DNA from: Sphyrna mokarran | Lineage: Eukaryota | Reading direction: 5' to 3' | Assembly: GCA_024679065.1 (NCBI GenBank) | Contig: JAGIQG010000009.1 | Coordinates: forward strand, 91,388,001-91,452,000 | Length of the DNA: 64,000 nt | Shown here: positions 60,909-64,000 of the stretch, piece by piece | How the letters are laid out: every line of letters begins with the position of its first letter | Position numbering within the stretch: the first letter of the stretch is position 1 | Made by a program: the position numbers and the translations under genes | The notes under the pieces: generated by a model | What the model was told of the DNA's origin: nothing | Seen by the model: the letters and a program-made list of their open reading frames with translations, nothing else | Databases searched by the model: none

Positions 60909-61649
60909 CGTTTATGTATTTTTCACAACTAGGCTTACATTAATACTACAATGAAGTTACTGTGAAAATCCCCTAGTCATGATGTAAAGATGCCGGCGTT
61001 GGATTGGGGTGGTAAGAACTCAGTAAGAATTTAGCAACACCAATTATTAATCCAACCGATTTATTTGATAGTAAAAAAGCGAGCTTTCAACACTCTTGTG
61101 TCTTCCTCAGGCAAGTGCAGTGTTCTAGTTGCCACACCCCAGCACCTGTTCAGGTACACTGAGGGAGAATTTAGCATGGGGATGAGAGGGTACAGAGGAC
61201 GTTTACCAGGATGTTCCTGGTATGGAGGGCAGGTCTTATGAAGAGAGGCTGAGGGATTTGAGGTTGTTTTCGTTAGAAAGGAGGCGGCTAAGAGGAGACC
61301 TTATTGAAACATATAAGATGATTAGAGGTTTAGATAGGGTGGACAGTGATAGCCTTTTTCCTAGGATGGAGAAAGCTAGCACGAGGGGACACAGCTTTAA
61401 ATTAAGGGGTGATAGTTATAGGACGGATATCAGAGGTAGGTTCTTTACCCAAAGGGTGGTTCGGGAGTGGAATGCCCTGCCTGCAGCAGTTGTAGATGCG
61501 CCAAGTTTGGTGGCGTTTAAGAGGTTAGTTGATAAGTATATGGAAGAGAAGGGAATGGTTTAGTTTGGAGGGGCATTGCTTTTTATATTGGTCGGCGCAA
61601 CATCGAAGGCCGAAGGGCCTGTTCTGTGCTGTAATGTTCTATGTTCTAA
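60909..61649. mobile_element. Composite SINE + Penelope fragment (60978-61124, TSD ctagt) + young CR1 3' end (61183-61649)
   Basis: SINE tail motif; hammerhead core 61085-61110 on the minus strand; CR1 part nearly identical to 28165-28640. Confidence 0.85.
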
Positions 61650-62034
61650 TTCTGTCACCAGTTATCAGGAAATTGTCCATTTTGAGTTCTGACACTTCCC
61701 TGTTGAGTTTCCTCCCCCATCAGGAATGGACACAAAAATAGAGCTTGGAAATGATAAAGAAGCCACACTGCAAACAACCATCATTTTAGCTGCTGCAGGC
61801 TTTGGGCCCAGTCGGGCCACCTGCACCCACAAGGGTACAGACTGTTAGGCTTATTAAAAACCTTGTTAAACTGCAATTTTTCCAGTCCGCTTTAGGTTTT
61901 CCAATTTGAAATTGAGCAGACGAATGGTCTGGTGTGAGCACCCAGCAGTTGGCCAGGGAGGACAGTCCTCCCACAATCGCTTTCAGCTTGCCTGGCTGTA
62001 AGAGCAGACCCAGTTTGCTCTGCGGATGGATATT

Positions 62035-62155
62035 CCCCTCCCCTCACCACACTCTCCCTCACCACACTCCCCCTCACCACACTCCCCCTCACCACACTCC
62101 CCCGCACCATACTCCCCCGCACCACACTCCCCCTCACTACACTCCCCCTCACCCC
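62035..62155 (+). repeat. 15-bp minisatellite (accacactccccctc), about 7-8 units
   Basis: Direct tandem periodicity. Confidence 0.92.
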
Positions 62156-62409
62156 CATAATGGTGGCCTGGCTTCTTTCCTGGTTTATTTTGATGTTTTT
62201 CTGAAGTGACCTTCCTGTTGAAGCAGTTTCTCAGTTACACACCCTGTACTGTAGCTGGGTGCTGGTCGAAAGCTGGAGGAATCCGGATTGGTTATTGGGG
62301 AACTACTCTTAATTTGAGGGAAATGGTTTCCATGCCAATTATAAATGTTCCCCCACAGAAAATTCTTAACTGTGACCTGTATCTGTGTGTATACACCTCT
62401 CTTTGTAGC

Positions 62410-62690
62410 TATGAATGTGTGTATACATGAGTGTAATGTGTGTATTTGTGTGTGTATGAGCATGTGTGTGTTACTTGCACACCAGTATATACATGTCTCT
62501 GTGTGTGCGTATGTATGTATGTGTTGGTGCTTGTGCGTGCATATGTATTTTTGTGTCTGTGTGTTTGCATGTTTCTGTTTGTGTGTGTGTGTTTACATAT
62601 GTTTGTTTGTGTGTGTGTTTGTGTGTGCGCGCGCACGCGCAGTCTGGTATATATGTGCGTGCTTACATGAGAGTATATGTGCATCCTCAC
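62410..62690 (+). repeat. Degenerate (TG)n microsatellite
   Basis: TG-rich tract. Confidence 0.85.
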
Positions 62691-63589
62691 TCCATAACCC
62701 ATTCAATTACCAATTACAATTTAAATGAAAATATTGCAACAATTCTACAAACCCTGTAAGACTGTTAAATTATTCCATTTCTTTCCAGTTGCTTCTATTT
62801 TAGTCTCAATGGGATGTGAAAATTACTGGCTAGGTCAGCATTTATTGCCATCCCTAGTTGCCCTGTTAGAGTGGGAGCTCCAGGTTTTGACCCAGTGATG
62901 GTGAAGGAACAACAGATATATTTCCAAGTTAGGGTGGTGTATTGTTTGGAGTGAAACAAAGAACAAAGAACAACACAGCACAGGAAACAGGCCTTTCAGC
63001 CCAACGAGCCCTTGCTGCTATTTTAACATTGTGAGTGCCCCTTTCTACCTATGACCTTTGTCTATGCCTATTGGGAAAGATGAGGGAAGACTAATGTGGA
63101 GACTATTTGTTAACACCAATCAGCCTAAGCGCACATTTTTGGGGTGTGGGAGAAAACTGAAGTGTCCGGAGAAAACCCGCACAAGCATGGGGAGAATGGG
63201 GAGAACTCCCGCAGACACTGGACCAAATCCATGTATCTGCACGGCAAATAGTAATAGTCACTGAGCTACAATGTTGCCGGTCAGCTGGTCCAGTTTGAGC
63301 GTACACTAATGACGTGAAGCACTAGGCAACTCTCGAAGCAACGTTCAAGAGCTGCCCTCGCACGACCCATCGTGTGTAAGCCCTTTGTTGGATAATAAAT
63401 TAAAAAAGACATCAATAAACACCCACAATTTATACAGACATTCACGGAATCCCCAGAAGCTCAGAAGTAAGACAAGTGAGCCATAAAATATGTTGAAAGG
63501 TCCATAGGAATCAATTGATTCCCAGGGACATACCAAGGCTCTTGATCTTTATTCAGAACAATCTCCTGTATCTCTCCATCTCTAGTCTG

Positions 63590-64000
63590 CTCATGTGAAT
63601 ATCTAAGTAAACCTTAAACAACTCTAGCATGCCTGCCTCTACCACCCTTCTTGGCAGTGCATTCTAGGCCCCCATAATCCTCTGTGAGAAAAACCTCCCT
63701 CCAACATCTGAATTATACCTCAACCCTCTCACCCTAAGCCCATGGCCCCTCATAATTTTTGTATCCAACCTAGAAAGAAGCTTACCACTGTTCGCTCTAT
63801 CTATACACTTCATAATTTTATACACCTCCATTAGATCTCCTCTTATTCTCCATCTCTCAAAGGAGAACAGCCCTAATTTGTCCAATCTCTCCTCATAACT
63901 CAGACCTTCCATACCAGGCAGCATCCTGGTAAACCTCCTCTGCACTGTCTCCAGACTCTCCACGATCTTCCGGTAGTAAGGTGACCAGAACTGGACGCAG
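63590..64000 (-). mobile_element. CR1 LINE 3' part (runs off the window)
   Basis: ORF 63664-63963 has LETVQRRFTRMLPGM..LGLFSFE..RGDLMEVYK. Confidence 0.92.

Overview
Eukaryotic DNA, most likely a shark (cartilaginous fish), judged from the MHC sequences and the CR1/SINE/Penelope repeat content. The window holds part of a tandem cluster of non-classical MHC class I heavy-chain genes, all on the minus strand. Gene A has its leader (3099-3150) and alpha1 (1-261) exons and continues off the left edge. Gene B (leader 25322-25373, body about 10.3-13.6 kb) and gene C (leader 59492-59543, body about 46.0-48.1 kb) appear intact from leader to first cytoplasmic exon; their terminal exons are uncertain. 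A dead orphan leader and promoter (D) lies at 60.6-61.7 kb. Both visible alpha2 domains lack the near-universal Cys101-Cys164 disulfide. They keep the C-terminal peptide anchors, the genes have lost several N-terminal anchors, and the groove is Trp/Arg-lined. Gene C has a new Cys pair in alpha1. The paralogs are mosaics: leader, alpha2 floor, alpha3 and several introns are near-identical, while alpha1 and the distal alpha2 helix are highly divergent. Each promoter has an ISRE-S-X1-X2-Y-CCAAT-TATA module altered in a different way, and an extra inverted copy of the module at about 7.0-7.2 kb feeds an ATG-TAG micro-exon. Most of the rest is nested transposons: CR1, Rex/Babar, Penelope with hammerhead ribozyme cores, Gypsy, Harbinger-type MITEs, a FLYWCH-MULE element, SINEs and minisatellites. 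Exon coordinates and identities were worked out by hand; transposon boundaries are approximate.
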